DNA of 60,611 nt from Candidatus Omnitrophota bacterium (GCA_026387355.1 JAPLLW010000012.1:1-60611), one strand, 5' to 3'. Positions 34,073-44,220 are shown, counted from the stretch's first letter. Notes: generated by a model from the sequence alone, not told the origin. A program made the numbers and translations.

Positions 34073-35532
34073 AGATAAATCCTGACGAACCAAGAGAATA
34101 CTGCGGGCTATTTGGCATATCGAATAACAAGCAGGCTAGTTGGCTTACTTATTTAGGCCTGTTTGCCCAGCAGCATAGAGGGCAGGAGGCCTGTGGCATA
34201 GTCGCTAATAATAAAGGTAATTTATCGATTCATAAAGGAATGGGTTTAGTAAGCGATGTTTTTGGCGGAGCTGTTTTAAGTAAATTAAAAGGAAGTACTG
34301 CAATGGGCCATGTGCGTTATTCTACCACTGGTTCAAGCGTATTAAAGAATGCACAGCCACTTTTGGTTGATTATGCTAAGGGTTCAATCTGTATAGCGCA
34401 TAACGGTAATTTAGTAAATTCTTTAGAGCTGCGCAAGCATCTGGAAGAGACAGGTTCAATCTTTCAGACCACAACTGACTCGGAAATCATAATTCATCTT
34501 ATGGCGCGCGGGAAATTGCGTAATTTAGACGAAAGCCTATTGTATGCATTACAAAGAATTAGAGGGGCTTATTCTTTGATACTTATGGATAACCGGAATT
34601 TAATCGGAGTAAGGGATCCCTGGGGATTTCGTCCGCTATCGCTGGGTAAGCTCGGGAATTCTTGGTGTCTGGCTTCTGAGACTTGCGCCTTCGATTTAAT
34701 CGGGGCTAAATTCGTAAGGGCAGTTGATCCGGGAGAAATAGTTTTTATTAATGACACAGGATTAAGGTCAATCAGGCCTAAGGAATGGCGCGTAGGTCAT
34801 AGGCATGCGCATTGTATCTTTGAGCATGTTTATTTCTCAAGACCTGATTCCAATGTTTTTGGTGAGACAGTGCATATCGTACGTAAGAAACTAGGGGCAC
34901 AGCTGGCAAAAGAATTTCCGGTTAAAGCAGATTATGTTGTGCCTGTTCCGGACTCAGGGTATTCTGCTGCTTTAGGTTACGCGCAGCAATCAGGCATACC
35001 TTTAGAGATGGGGATTATCCGCAATCATTATGTAGGTAGGACATTTATTCAGCCGGCGCAGGATTCTCGCGATATGGGCGTAAAAGTAAAATTTAATTTA
35101 ATGAAAGATGTTTTGCGCGGTAAGCGCATTGTTATAGTTGACGATTCCATTGTGCGTGGAACAACCTCAAAGATCCGCGTGCGCAACTTGCGTAAGGTAG
35201 GAGTTAAGGCAGTGCATTTAATGATCTCATGTCCGCCGCACAGGTTTCCGTGTTATTACGGGATTGATTTTCATAAATCAAGTGAATTGATTGCTAACAG
35301 GTATTCTTCGATTGATAAAATCAGGGAGTATCTTGGTGTTGATAGTTTGGGTTATTTAAGTTTAGACGGGATGCTCAAATCTCTTAAATACGGTAAGAAT
35401 GATTATTGCACTGCTTGCTGGACGGGAAAATATCCGATAATGGCAGAGAGAAGGCACGGAAAGTTTTCGCTAGAAGGAAGATGTTGCGGACAAGGAGAGA
35501 TAGCGGTTGGCCCGGGGTGCCTCTTGCGCTAA
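34066..35532 (+). CDS. purF: Amidophosphoribosyltransferase with a short propeptide
   Basis: MLKINPDEPREY-CGLFGI (propeptide then Cys1, as in Bacillus-type PurF), VDDSIVRGTT and CTACWTGKYP. ATG at 34066 overlaps the upstream stop. Confidence 0.9.
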   Translation: MLKINPDEPREYCGLFGISNNKQASWLTYLGLFAQQHRGQEACGIVANNKGNLSIHKGMGLVSDVFGGAVLSKLKGSTAMGHVRYSTTGSSVLKNAQPLLVDYAKGSICIAHNGNLVNSLELRKHLEETGSIFQTTTDSEIIIHLMARGKLRNLDESLLYALQRIRGAYSLILMDNRNLIGVRDPWGFRPLSLGKLGNSWCLASETCAFDLIGAKFVRAVDPGEIVFINDTGLRSIRPKEWRVGHRHAHCIFEHVYFSRPDSNVFGETVHIVRKKLGAQLAKEFPVKADYVVPVPDSGYSAALGYAQQSGIPLEMGIIRNHYVGRTFIQPAQDSRDMGVKVKFNLMKDVLRGKRIVIVDDSIVRGTTSKIRVRNLRKVGVKAVHLMISCPPHRFPCYYGIDFHKSSELIANRYSSIDKIREYLGVDSLGYLSLDGMLKSLKYGKNDYCTACWTGKYPIMAERRHGKFSLEGRCCGQGEIAVGPGCLLR

Positions 35533-35565
35533 AACGCGCTGCGAGGCATCCCCGTGCCACCCGCC
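35502..35565 (+). repeat. GC-rich hairpin repeat, subfamily 1 (copy A)
   Basis: AGCGGTTGGCCCGGGGTGCCTCTTGCGC-TAAAA-CGCGCTGCGAGGCATCCCCGTGCCACCCGCC. Its right arm is near-identical to copy B (43581-43644). Overlaps the last 31 nt of purF. Confidence 0.8.
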
Positions 35566-35608
35566 ATATCAGTTATGTTTATCTTATAAGGGAGAGCGTG
35601 GTTTTAAT

Positions 35609-36607
35609 ATGAAAAAGATTACTTATAAAAAGTCCGGAGTTGATATTAAGGCGGCGAGTGCGTTTAAGGGAAAACTAAAGGCGATAGTGCGCAAATCTTT
35701 TCGTCCTGAAGTTTTAAAAGATATCGGAGGATTTGGAAGTTTTTTTAGGCTGGATAAAGATAAATTCAAGGATCCGATTATGGTTTCATCTAGCGACGGA
35801 GTAGGGACAAAACTAAAGATCGCCCTGCTTGCCAATAAGCACGATACTGTTGGTATTGATGCTGTGGCTATGAATGTCAATGATATCCTTTGCACGGGGG
35901 CCCAGCCGCTCTTCTTTCTGGATTATATTGCTTATAGCAAGGTAAAAGAAAATGTTCTTGTGGGTATTGTAAAAGGTATAAATGATGGTTGTATTGAATC
36001 CAATTGTTCATTAATCGGTGGCGAGACTGCGCAGATGCCCGGTATGTATAAAGAGGGAGAATATGATATTGCGGGTTTTTGCGTGGGTGTGGTTGAGCGG
36101 AATGAGATTATTGACGGTAGCGCTGTAGAGTGTGGCAATCTGGTTATTGGTCTAGAGTCTAGCGGGATTCACTCCAATGGTTATTCATTGGTGAGAAAAG
36201 TTTTTTCCGAAAACGAATTAAAGCGCATGAGTAAAGAGTTGCTTACCCCTACTCGCATTTATGTTAAGCAGGTATTAAGTTTATTACCTGATAAAGATAT
36301 TAAGGGTATTGCGCATATAACGGGTGGTGCATTTTACGATAAGATCAGCCGGATATTGCCGGCGAATATTGATGTAATGATTGATAAAAATTCTTGGGTA
36401 ATCCCTAAGATGTTCCGTCTAATCCAGAACAAAGGTAATATTGACGATCACGAAATATTTCATACATTAAATATGGGCATTGGGATGGTTTTAATCGTTG
36501 AGGCATCTTCGGCTGTGAAGTTAATTTCAAGGCTGGCTGCATTTAAGCTTAAATCCTGGGTTATCGGTAAGACGATTAAGGGAAACAAGCAGGTGCATAT
36601 AGTTTAA
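35609..36607 (+). CDS. purM: AIR synthase (phosphoribosylformylglycinamidine cyclo-ligase)
   Basis: YKKSGVDI, GGFGSFF, DGVGTK and NMGIGMVL motifs. ATG at 35609 follows AAGGGAGAG. The track's upstream extension lies in the repeat. Confidence 0.9.
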   Translation: MKKITYKKSGVDIKAASAFKGKLKAIVRKSFRPEVLKDIGGFGSFFRLDKDKFKDPIMVSSSDGVGTKLKIALLANKHDTVGIDAVAMNVNDILCTGAQPLFFLDYIAYSKVKENVLVGIVKGINDGCIESNCSLIGGETAQMPGMYKEGEYDIAGFCVGVVERNEIIDGSAVECGNLVIGLESSGIHSNGYSLVRKVFSENELKRMSKELLTPTRIYVKQVLSLLPDKDIKGIAHITGGAFYDKISRILPANIDVMIDKNSWVIPKMFRLIQNKGNIDDHEIFHTLNMGIGMVLIVEASSAVKLISRLAAFKLKSWVIGKTIKGNKQVHIV

Positions 36608-36616
36608 GGTGGTAAT

Positions 36617-37066
36617 ATGGATGCTTATATAAATCTGTTAAAGGAGCTATATTATAAAGAACGAAAGAAGCTTGAAGAATTGCCTATTTTTAGCAACGAA
36701 GGTAAATTGAGGTTTTTTTCCACAAGAAAAGATATACTTGATAAGATAAGAAAGAATTTGAGGATTTCTCAGATGCTAGAGAGGGTAGATATAACGGAAG
36801 TGGCTAAAGAAGATTTGTTGCGGGATAGAGATAAGGCAGATAAAATTGAAGAAAATATCGAGAGGGCGATAGAGAGAGAATTGCTGGAAATTGAGAATGA
36901 GGAAAAAGAAGGCATGGAAGATGCGCGTTATTCCGCAGCCGATTTTGCGGAATATATTATTCAATTAGAAAGAGTAGGAGCGATAGAGGCTGATTTAGAG
37001 AACAATCGTCTGTTTCCAGGAGAAGTTTATGCAGAAATGCAAGAAATTAAAGAGAGCAATAAATAA
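36617..37066 (+). CDS. Hypothetical acidic coiled-coil protein
   Basis: 149-aa Glu/Lys-rich ORF, tightly spaced after purM. No family recognised. Confidence 0.45.
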   Translation: MDAYINLLKELYYKERKKLEELPIFSNEGKLRFFSTRKDILDKIRKNLRISQMLERVDITEVAKEDLLRDRDKADKIEENIERAIERELLEIENEEKEGMEDARYSAADFAEYIIQLERVGAIEADLENNRLFPGEVYAEMQEIKESNK

Positions 37067-37081
37067 AAAGGAGGAAGGAAA

Positions 37082-37954
37082 ATGAGTATTACGTTTTTAA
37101 TATTAATAATTATCGTGGTTGTATTTTTTATGGGGATCAGGATTGTGCGTCCTACGCATCGTGGTTTGGTTGAGAGATTCGGTAAGTATAACCGTTTTGC
37201 TAGTCCGGGATTTAACTGGGTATTTCCTATCATCGAGAATCTCTACCAGATTAATATAACCGAGCAAATGGTTGATGCTGAGCCGCAGGAGATTATTACT
37301 AACGATAACTTAAACGCTAAAGTCGACGCCCAGGTTTATTTTAAGGTTAAAGCTGATGAAGCAGATGTTAAGAATTGTCAGTATAGTGTAAATAATTATC
37401 AGTGGCAGATTGTGAACTTGGCGCGGACAACGCTTAGAAATATAATCGGTACGCTTACTTTAAAGTCCGCAAATAGCGAAAGAGGTAAGATTAATGCTGA
37501 GTTGCATAAGACTCTTTGCGAGGAAACAGCTAGCTGGGGCCTTGAGATTGTTAGGACAGAATTAAAAGAGATTGATCCTCCTAAAGATGTTCAAGAGACG
37601 ATGAATAAAGTTGTAAAGGCTGAAAATGAAAAAATTTCAGCAATTGATTATGCTACTGCTACTGAAACTGTTGCAGATGGCCAGAAGCGCGCGGAGATTA
37701 AGAAGGCAGAAGGTGTAAAGCAGGCGCGGATTTTGGAGGCAGAAGGTGAGGCAGCTGCAATTAAACTTGTTAACGAAGCAGCAGAGCATTATTTCGTAGG
37801 CAATGCGCAAGTTTTACGTAAACTTGAGGCAGTTGAGAAGGCATTAGTGAATAACGCTAAAATTGTTATTCCGGCTAATACTGAGTTGGTTAATGTAATT
37901 GGTGAAATGGCCGGTTTTTTGCCGATAAAGAATAAAGAGCAAGTGGGTAAATAA
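37082..37954 (+). CDS. SPFH/band-7 (stomatin/prohibitin-like) membrane protein
   Basis: N-terminal TM then VRPTHRGLVERFGKY and a typical SPFH core, with an Ala/Glu-rich coiled coil C-terminally. Confidence 0.85.
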   Translation: MSITFLILIIIVVVFFMGIRIVRPTHRGLVERFGKYNRFASPGFNWVFPIIENLYQINITEQMVDAEPQEIITNDNLNAKVDAQVYFKVKADEADVKNCQYSVNNYQWQIVNLARTTLRNIIGTLTLKSANSERGKINAELHKTLCEETASWGLEIVRTELKEIDPPKDVQETMNKVVKAENEKISAIDYATATETVADGQKRAEIKKAEGVKQARILEAEGEAAAIKLVNEAAEHYFVGNAQVLRKLEAVEKALVNNAKIVIPANTELVNVIGEMAGFLPIKNKEQVGK

Positions 37955-37960
37955 ATTTTT

Positions 37961-38023
37961 ACGGGTCCTGACTGGGCCGTTTCTCGCTGCATCACGCAGC
38001 TCGAAATCGTCCCAGTCACCCAT
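37961..38023 (-). repeat. GC-rich hairpin repeat, subfamily 2 (copy D, inverted orientation)
   Basis: ACGGGTCCTGACTGGG....CCCAGTCACCCAT. The reverse complement reads ATGGGTGACTGGG...CAGGACCCGT, matching the family ends. Confidence 0.7.
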
Positions 38024-38072
38024 AAAAATTTATTATTTCACAGTAGTTCTGTATTTATAAAAAAATTATTTT

Positions 38073-38114
38073 AGCGGGTGGCCCGCCATAAATTGTGGCG
38101 GACCAGGACCCGCG
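38073..38114 (+). repeat. GC-rich hairpin repeat, subfamily 2 (copy E, short)
   Basis: AGCGGGTGGCCCGCCATAAATTGTGGCGGACCAGGACCCGCG. Shares the apical CCGCCA/TGGCGGA stem with copy F. Confidence 0.75.
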
Positions 38115-38126
38115 TAAGGTTAAAGT

Positions 38127-39407
38127 ATGCGTATATTAGTTATCGGTTCAGGTGGTAGAGAGCATGCGCTAGTTTGGAAGATCGCGCAGTCAAAGCTGGT
38201 CGATAAGGTGTTTTGTGCGCCCGGTAATGCAGGCATTGCTAAGCTAGCCGAGTGCGTAGATATTAAGGCTGAAGATGTGTCGGGTCTGTTAAATTTTGCA
38301 AAGAAGGAAAAGATTGATTTAACTATAGTCGGCCCCGAGGTCGCTTTATCTTTAGGCATTGTTGATGAGTTTATTAAATATAAATTAAAGATATTTGGCC
38401 CTAATAAAAAAGCTGCTCAGATGGAGTCAAGCAAAGTATTTTCCAAGCAGTTGATGAAGAAATACAACGTTCCAACAGCTGATTTTAAGGTTTTTGATAA
38501 TCCTGAGGAAGCAAAAAAGTATATAGATAAAATTGGTGCTCCTTGTGTAGTTAAGGCAGACGGGTTAGCTGCGGGAAAAGGCGTTGTGGTTGCTAAAAGC
38601 GTTGATGAAGCTAAGCAGGCAGTTGTTGCAATAATGCAGGATATGATTTTTGGTTCTGCCGGAGAAAAAATTATTGTTGAGGAGTGTCTTGAGGGCCAAG
38701 AGGCATCGATTATTGTTATAACCGATTCAGAGGAAGTGGTTGTTCTGGCTTCTGCTCAGGATCACAAAAGGATTAATGATTTTGACCAAGGGCCTAATAC
38801 CGGTGGAATGGGCGCATATTCACCTGCTTCAATAGTCACTCCGGATTTATTCCTTGAGATTCTGGATAAAATAATATACCGCACAATCGATGGTATGGTA
38901 AAAGAGGGATTAGACTATCGGGGAGTTTTATATGCCGGGGTAATGCTTACTAATGAAGGACCTAAAACTTTAGAATTTAATGTGCGTTTTGGCGATCCGG
39001 AGACACAGGCAATATTGCCGCGGTTAAAGTCAGATTTAACAGAGATTCTGATCGCGGCGAGCGAAAAGAAGATATCAGATTTAAAGATTTTAGAATGGGA
39101 TAACCGCGATTGTGTCTGCGTAGTTTGTACTGCCGGTGGATATCCTGGCAAATATGAAACGGGAAAAGAAATTTTTGGCTTAGAAGATCTAGATAAGATG
39201 AATGATGTAATAGTCTTTCATGCCGGGACTAAATTTCAGGCGAATAAGATTGTAACAAGCGCAGGGCGCGTTTTAGGGGTAACCGGTTTAGGCGATAGCA
39301 TAAAAAATGCAATTGATAATACCTATGCGGCAGTTCAAAAGCTAAGCTTTGAAGGCATGCATTATCGGCGGGATATCGGAGCTAAAGCAATGAGGAGGGA
39401 TTTTTAA
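38127..39407 (+). CDS. purD: Phosphoribosylamine-glycine ligase
   Basis: MRILVIGSGGREHALVWK N-terminus with an ATP-grasp core. 426 aa. Confidence 0.95.
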   Translation: MRILVIGSGGREHALVWKIAQSKLVDKVFCAPGNAGIAKLAECVDIKAEDVSGLLNFAKKEKIDLTIVGPEVALSLGIVDEFIKYKLKIFGPNKKAAQMESSKVFSKQLMKKYNVPTADFKVFDNPEEAKKYIDKIGAPCVVKADGLAAGKGVVVAKSVDEAKQAVVAIMQDMIFGSAGEKIIVEECLEGQEASIIVITDSEEVVVLASAQDHKRINDFDQGPNTGGMGAYSPASIVTPDLFLEILDKIIYRTIDGMVKEGLDYRGVLYAGVMLTNEGPKTLEFNVRFGDPETQAILPRLKSDLTEILIAASEKKISDLKILEWDNRDCVCVVCTAGGYPGKYETGKEIFGLEDLDKMNDVIVFHAGTKFQANKIVTSAGRVLGVTGLGDSIKNAIDNTYAAVQKLSFEGMHYRRDIGAKAMRRDF

Positions 39408-39889
39408 TGAGTAAGATAAGTATAATTATGGGTAGTGTTTCGGATTTAGAGACAGTATCTGAAGCAATAATTGTATTAAAGGAATTTAAGGTTGATTTTG
39501 AGGTTAAGGTGCTTTCTGCGCACCGCAGCCCTAAGGAGTTAGTACAATATGTAGAAGCAGTTTCAAAAAAAGGGACAAAGGTTTTTATTGCGGCAGCCGG
39601 TGGTGCTGCGGCATTAGCCGGGGTAGTAGCGGCGCACACAATATTACCTGTAATAGGTATTCCCATTGAGACATCTAACTTAAAAGGTATGGATTCGTTG
39701 CTCTCTACGGTTCAGATGCCCGGGGGTATACCGGTTGCCTCAATGGCTATTGGTAAGGCAGGCGCAAGGAACTCAGCGCTTTTTGCTCTAGAGATTCTCG
39801 GGATAGCTGATAAAAAGATTCAAGCCAAGTTATGCGCGTATAAGAATTCTATGCGGCTTAAGATTAAAAATACAAAAATTAAAGTATGA
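39407..39889 (+). CDS. purE: N5-carboxyaminoimidazole ribonucleotide mutase
   Basis: IIMGSVSD, SAHRSP and AGGAAALAGVVAA motifs. TAATG overlap with purD. Confidence 0.9.
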   Translation: MSKISIIMGSVSDLETVSEAIIVLKEFKVDFEVKVLSAHRSPKELVQYVEAVSKKGTKVFIAAAGGAAALAGVVAAHTILPVIGIPIETSNLKGMDSLLSTVQMPGGIPVASMAIGKAGARNSALFALEILGIADKKIQAKLCAYKNSMRLKIKNTKIKV

Positions 39890-40947
39890 CTCAGGCTAAG
39901 ATAATAAAAGTTGATCCTCTGAATATCAAAGAAGACTATGTCCATCAGGCAGCGCATATTTTACGAGCCGGCGGTTTAGTGATTATTCCCACTGAAACAG
40001 TTTACGGCCTAGCCGCTGACATGTTGAATAAAAAAGCAGTTGAAAGATTATATGAAATTAAACAGCGCCCTAAGGATAAACAGTTTTCTGTAGCTATCTC
40101 CCAAAAAGATAAAATTGAAGATTTTGCGCGCAAAATTCCGCTTTCGGCTTACAAAGTGATCGATAAATTTTGGCCGGGTCCTTTAACTATCATTTTAGAG
40201 GGGATTAAAGGGTCAAGTATAGGTTTGCGTATGCCGGATAATGAGATTGCTTTACGTATTATTGCTGCGACAAATGATCCGATAGTTTTACCTTCAGCGA
40301 ATCTTTACGACAAGCCTGCGCCGATAAGTTTTACAGATGCACTAGCTGATTTAGGCTCTCTTGTGGATCTTGCTATTGATGCTGGGCCTACTAAACTTGG
40401 AGTTGAATCTTCGATTGTAGATCTAAGGGGAGAGGAAATCCAATTTCTTAGAATAGGTGCGATAAGCCAGGATGAGATTGATAAGGTGATTAAGAAAAAG
40501 AATATTCTATTTATCTGTACGGGAAATTCCTGCCGTTCGGTGATGGCGGAGGCTCTTTTAAGGAAAATGATGCAGGAGCAGAATAGGCGCGATGTAGAAG
40601 TTTCTTCTGCTGGTATTATGATGATCTCGGGCTTAAGCGTATCCCAGGGGACAAGAGATGTCTTAGCCAGAGAAGGTATAGATGTTTCGGGCCGTATCTC
40701 TCAAAGAGTAACTAAAGAGATGATTAAAAAATCAGATTTAGTTTTGGTAATGGAGAGGATGCACGAAGATGCAATCCTGCGTATTGCCCCCGAGGTAAGA
40801 AATAGAGTGTTTTTGTTAAAAGAGTTTGCTAAAATAAGTGATAAGAATCTTGATATCCTCGATCCGATCGGTAAACCGCTAGAGTTCTACGAAAAAACAA
40901 TTCTTTGTATAAAGGAGGCCCTGGAAAGGGTGAGTAAATTGATATGA
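39886..40947 (+). CDS. Fusion of a TsaC/YrdC-type threonylcarbamoyl-AMP synthase domain and a low-molecular-weight protein (Tyr/Arg) phosphatase domain
   Basis: The N-terminal half has GGLVIIPTETVYGLAAD and FWPGPLT. The C-terminal half has ILFICTGNSCRSVMAEALLR (CX5R P-loop) and LDILDPIG. Confidence 0.85.
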   Translation: MTQAKIIKVDPLNIKEDYVHQAAHILRAGGLVIIPTETVYGLAADMLNKKAVERLYEIKQRPKDKQFSVAISQKDKIEDFARKIPLSAYKVIDKFWPGPLTIILEGIKGSSIGLRMPDNEIALRIIAATNDPIVLPSANLYDKPAPISFTDALADLGSLVDLAIDAGPTKLGVESSIVDLRGEEIQFLRIGAISQDEIDKVIKKKNILFICTGNSCRSVMAEALLRKMMQEQNRRDVEVSSAGIMMISGLSVSQGTRDVLAREGIDVSGRISQRVTKEMIKKSDLVLVMERMHEDAILRIAPEVRNRVFLLKEFAKISDKNLDILDPIGKPLEFYEKTILCIKEALERVSKLI

Positions 40948-41405
40948 AACCTATATTAATCGCCTCTGACCATGGAGGGTTTGCTTTAAAAGAGAGTATT
41001 AAGTCTTATCTGCTTAAGAAAAAGATCCCGGTAAAGGATCTTGGTCCTTTTAGTGATGAGCGTTGCGATTATCCCGAATATGCTTATAGCTTGGCCAGTA
41101 AGATTTCAGAAGGAAGATTTAAAAAAGGTATTTTAATCTGTAAGAGTGGGATCGGAAATTCAATTGTCGCTAACAGATTACCCGGGGTACGCGCAGCCTT
41201 GTCTCTTAATGTGAAAATGGCCAAGCTATCGCGCGAGCATAACGACAGCAATGTTTTGGTTTTGGGTTCGCTTTTTGTGAAATCCGCATTAGCTAGAAGC
41301 ATAACTCAAATATGGTTAAATACGCAGTTTCTTAATGGTAGGCATAAACGTCGTTTGAAACAGATAAAAGAAATTGAAAGAAAGATTAGAGGGGGTTTAA
41401 GGTGA
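40944..41405 (+). CDS. rpiB: Ribose-5-phosphate isomerase B
   Basis: IASDHGGF and [13 protein letters not shown] motifs. 153 aa. Confidence 0.9.
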   Translation: MKPILIASDHGGFALKESIKSYLLKKKIPVKDLGPFSDERCDYPEYAYSLASKISEGRFKKGILICKSGIGNSIVANRLPGVRAALSLNVKMAKLSREHNDSNVLVLGSLFVKSALARSITQIWLNTQFLNGRHKRRLKQIKEIERKIRGGLR

Positions 41406-42649
41406 GACATCTCAAAATAACAGATCCGGATATTTATTCAGCTATCAAAAAAGAACTTATTCGAGAAGAGGGTAATTTAGAGCTAATCGCCTCCGAGAAT
41501 TTTACTTCTCTTGCAGTACTTGAGGCGCAGGGTTCTGTTTTAACGAATAAATATGCAGAAGGGTATCCTTATAAGCGTTGGTATGGCGGATGTGAATATA
41601 TGGATGAAGTGGAGAGATTAGCTATTGAGCGCGCCAAAAAAATATTTGGCGCAGAATATGCCAATGTCCAGCCGCATTCTGGGTCGCAGGCGAATATGGC
41701 TGTTTATTTTGCTATGCTTGAACCGGGCGATACGGTTTTAGCTATGGATTTAGCTGCAGGTGGGCATCTTACTCATGGCCATCCGCATAATTTCTCAGGA
41801 AGATTTTTCAAAATGGTTGGTTACGGAGTGGATCGTAAGACTGAAATGTTGGATTATGATTTAATCATGTATTTAGCTAAGAGACATAAACCTAAAATGA
41901 TTCTTGCGGGCGCTTCCGCCTATCCCAGGAAAATGGATTTTAAAGCGTTTAGAAAGATATGCGACAAGGTAGGCGCTTACCTTTTTGTTGATATGGCGCA
42001 TATCGCAGGTTTAGTTGCTGCGGGAGTTCATTCTTCTCCGGTTCCTTATGCGGAGTTTGTTACCTCCACGACACATAAGACTCTGCGTGGCCCTCGCGGA
42101 GGGTTTATTCTTTGCAGAGAAGAATTCGGCAAGAAAATTGATGCTCAGGTCTTTCCTGGAATTCAAGGCGGGCCGTTAATGCACGTGGTCGCGGCGAAAG
42201 CCGTAGCTTTTAAAGAAGCGATGACTGCAAAATTTAAGACTTATCAGAGGCAGGTGGTAAAGAACTCTAAAGAACTCGCCCGAGCTTTGGCAAAAAAAGA
42301 ATTCCGTATTGTCTCCGGAGGCACAGATACGCATCTTATGCTGGTAGATTTAAGTGAAAAAGGAGTAACCGGCGCAGATGCTTCAAATATTCTAGGCACA
42401 GTTAATATTACGGTGAACAAGAATCTTATACCTTTTGATAAAAAAGGGGCGGGGGTTACTAGTGGAATACGCATCGGCACTCCGGCGGTAACTACCCGCG
42501 GGTTAAAAGAGTTTCATATGCACAAAATCGCCGGATTTATCAATGACGCGATTGAGGAAAGCGATAATCCTAAGAAGTTAGAGATTATAAGAAATGAAGT
42601 TTACAGTTTAACCAAAAGATTTCCATTATATCCGGAGTTAATTAAATAA
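41402..42649 (+). CDS. glyA: Serine hydroxymethyltransferase
   Basis: [18 protein letters not shown] and [14 protein letters not shown] (PLP Lys) motifs. GTG start overlaps the rpiB stop. Confidence 0.95.
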   Translation: MRHLKITDPDIYSAIKKELIREEGNLELIASENFTSLAVLEAQGSVLTNKYAEGYPYKRWYGGCEYMDEVERLAIERAKKIFGAEYANVQPHSGSQANMAVYFAMLEPGDTVLAMDLAAGGHLTHGHPHNFSGRFFKMVGYGVDRKTEMLDYDLIMYLAKRHKPKMILAGASAYPRKMDFKAFRKICDKVGAYLFVDMAHIAGLVAAGVHSSPVPYAEFVTSTTHKTLRGPRGGFILCREEFGKKIDAQVFPGIQGGPLMHVVAAKAVAFKEAMTAKFKTYQRQVVKNSKELARALAKKEFRIVSGGTDTHLMLVDLSEKGVTGADASNILGTVNITVNKNLIPFDKKGAGVTSGIRIGTPAVTTRGLKEFHMHKIAGFINDAIEESDNPKKLEIIRNEVYSLTKRFPLYPELIK

Positions 42650-42651
42650 AA

Positions 42652-43110
42652 ATGAATAAGAAATTGCAAATTAGGCCAAGTTGGGATGAATATTTTCTAG
42701 AGGTTGCTAAGCTTGTGTCAAAGAGGGCGACCTGTTTACGTCGAAGCGTAGGCGCGGTTGTGGTAAAGGATAAAAGGATATTATCTACCGGGTATAATGG
42801 CGCGCCCAGTGGGATAAAACATTGTATTGATGTAGGATGCATGCGTCAGAAATTGAAAGTCCCTTCGGGAGAGCGTCATGAACTTTGTCGCGCATTGCAT
42901 GCCGAACAAAACGCATTAATTCAGGCATCTTTATACGGGATAAGTGTTAAGGGGAGCACTATCTATGCCACTTGTCAGCCATGTGTTATCTGCGCCAAGA
43001 TGCTCATTAATTCTGGGATCAAAGAAATTGTTATCGCCGAAGGTTATCCGGATAAGATGGCTATGGATTTCTTAAAGCAAGCCAAGATAAAAGTAAGAAG
43101 AATAAAATGA
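42652..43110 (+). CDS. dCMP deaminase (ComEB-like)
   Basis: WDEYFL, HAEQNA and CQPCVICAK zinc-binding motifs. Confidence 0.9.
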   Translation: MNKKLQIRPSWDEYFLEVAKLVSKRATCLRRSVGAVVVKDKRILSTGYNGAPSGIKHCIDVGCMRQKLKVPSGERHELCRALHAEQNALIQASLYGISVKGSTIYATCQPCVICAKMLINSGIKEIVIAEGYPDKMAMDFLKQAKIKVRRIK

Positions 43111-43574
43111 AATGTCCTTTTTGCGCTTATAAAGAAGATAAAGTGGTTGATTCTAGGGCAACAGCAGAAGAATCAGCAGTTAGGCGGCGCCGCGAATGTT
43201 TGAAATGCGGCAAGCGTTTTACTACTTACGAATACATAGAAGAGGTTTCTCTGATGGTAATAAAGAAAGACGGACGCAGAGAACCATTTGACCGTAAAAA
43301 AGTTATTGCTGGAATTATCCGCGCCTGCGAAAAGAGGCCGGTAAGCATTGAGAAGATGGAAGAGATTGTTACTCAGGTTGAGCGCGGAATCCAGAAGAAA
43401 TCCGACCGCGAGGTCGCTTCAAGCCGTATAGGCGAGCTGGTAATGGAGAAATTAAAGAATCTGGACGATGTTGCCTACGTACGTTTTGCTTCTGTGTACC
43501 GGCAGTTTAAGGATGTTGGGCAATTCATGGTTGAGCTAAAGGATATTTTAGGTAAAGAGAAAAGAAAGAAATAA
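43107..43574 (+). CDS. nrdR: Transcriptional repressor NrdR
   Basis: [29 protein letters not shown] zinc ribbon plus an ATP-cone. Confidence 0.95.
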   Translation: MKCPFCAYKEDKVVDSRATAEESAVRRRRECLKCGKRFTTYEYIEEVSLMVIKKDGRREPFDRKKVIAGIIRACEKRPVSIEKMEEIVTQVERGIQKKSDREVASSRIGELVMEKLKNLDDVAYVRFASVYRQFKDVGQFMVELKDILGKEKRKK

Positions 43575-43580
43575 ATATTT

Positions 43581-43644
43581 AGCGGGCGACACGGGGCGCT
43601 TCTCGCGCTAAGACGCGCTTCGAAGCATCCCCGTGCCACCCGCT
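43581..43644 (+). repeat. GC-rich hairpin repeat, subfamily 1 (copy B)
   Basis: AGCGGGCGACACGGGGCGCTTCTCGCGC-TAAGA-CGCGCTTCGAAGCATCCCCGTGCCACCCGCT. Forms an imperfect stem of roughly 28 bp. Confidence 0.85.
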
Positions 43645-43691
43645 AAAAGTGTTCTTGAGTTGTTCAATGACATAAAGAGGAAGAAGTAAAT

Positions 43692-43766
43692 AAGCGGGTG
43701 GCTTGGCTTAGTTCGAGCACGCAGCGTCAGCAGCGCGCACAGAACAAGCCAAGACAGGACCCGCTT
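43692..43766 (+). repeat. GC-rich hairpin repeat, subfamily 2 (copy C)
   Basis: AAGCGGGTGGCTTGGCTTAGTTC....GAACAAGCCAAGACAGGACCCGCTT, a long imperfect hairpin with the family termini. Confidence 0.85.
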
Positions 43767-43809
43767 GGTATATTCATAATTGCTTATGGATATAAGGGGA
43801 TGATGTAAG

Positions 43810-44220
43810 ATGGTCGAAATGGAATTAAGTAAAATTGTAATTGACGAAAAAAGGCATGATCAATTGATCGTGCTAAAAGAAAAAGGCGGAGAGAGAGTTT
43901 TGCCTATCGTTATCGGGCTAGCCGAAGCTTCGGCTATAAAATTAAAGATAAGCGGCTTTGTACCGAGTCGGCCATTAACCCACGATCTGTTACATTCAAC
44001 CATTCAGTTTCTAGAAGCTAAGATCGAGAAGATAATTATCGATAAATTAGAAGAGAATACATTTCATGCGAAGATATTCTTAAAATCCTCATCAGGCCAG
44101 GAAAAAATCATTGATGCCCGCCCCTCGGATAGCGTAGCCCTTGCAGTCAGGGCTAAGGCGCCGATATTTGTTGAAGACGAAATTATTAAGCAATCAGCTA
44201 TTTTCAATCAAGATAAATAA
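43810..44220 (+). CDS. Bifunctional nuclease family (DUF151/BFN) protein
   Basis: VLPIVIGLAEASAI, RPLTHDL and DARPSDSVALAVRAKAPIFV motifs. Confidence 0.8.
   Translation: MVEMELSKIVIDEKRHDQLIVLKEKGGERVLPIVIGLAEASAIKLKISGFVPSRPLTHDLLHSTIQFLEAKIEKIIIDKLEENTFHAKIFLKSSSGQEKIIDARPSDSVALAVRAKAPIFVEDEIIKQSAIFNQDK

Noticed and set aside
35507-35608. Upstream extension of purM (MARGASCAKTRCEASPCHPP...)
   Set aside because: This stretch is encoded by the GC-rich hairpin repeat. The canonical PurM N-terminus starts at ATG 35609, which has an SD.
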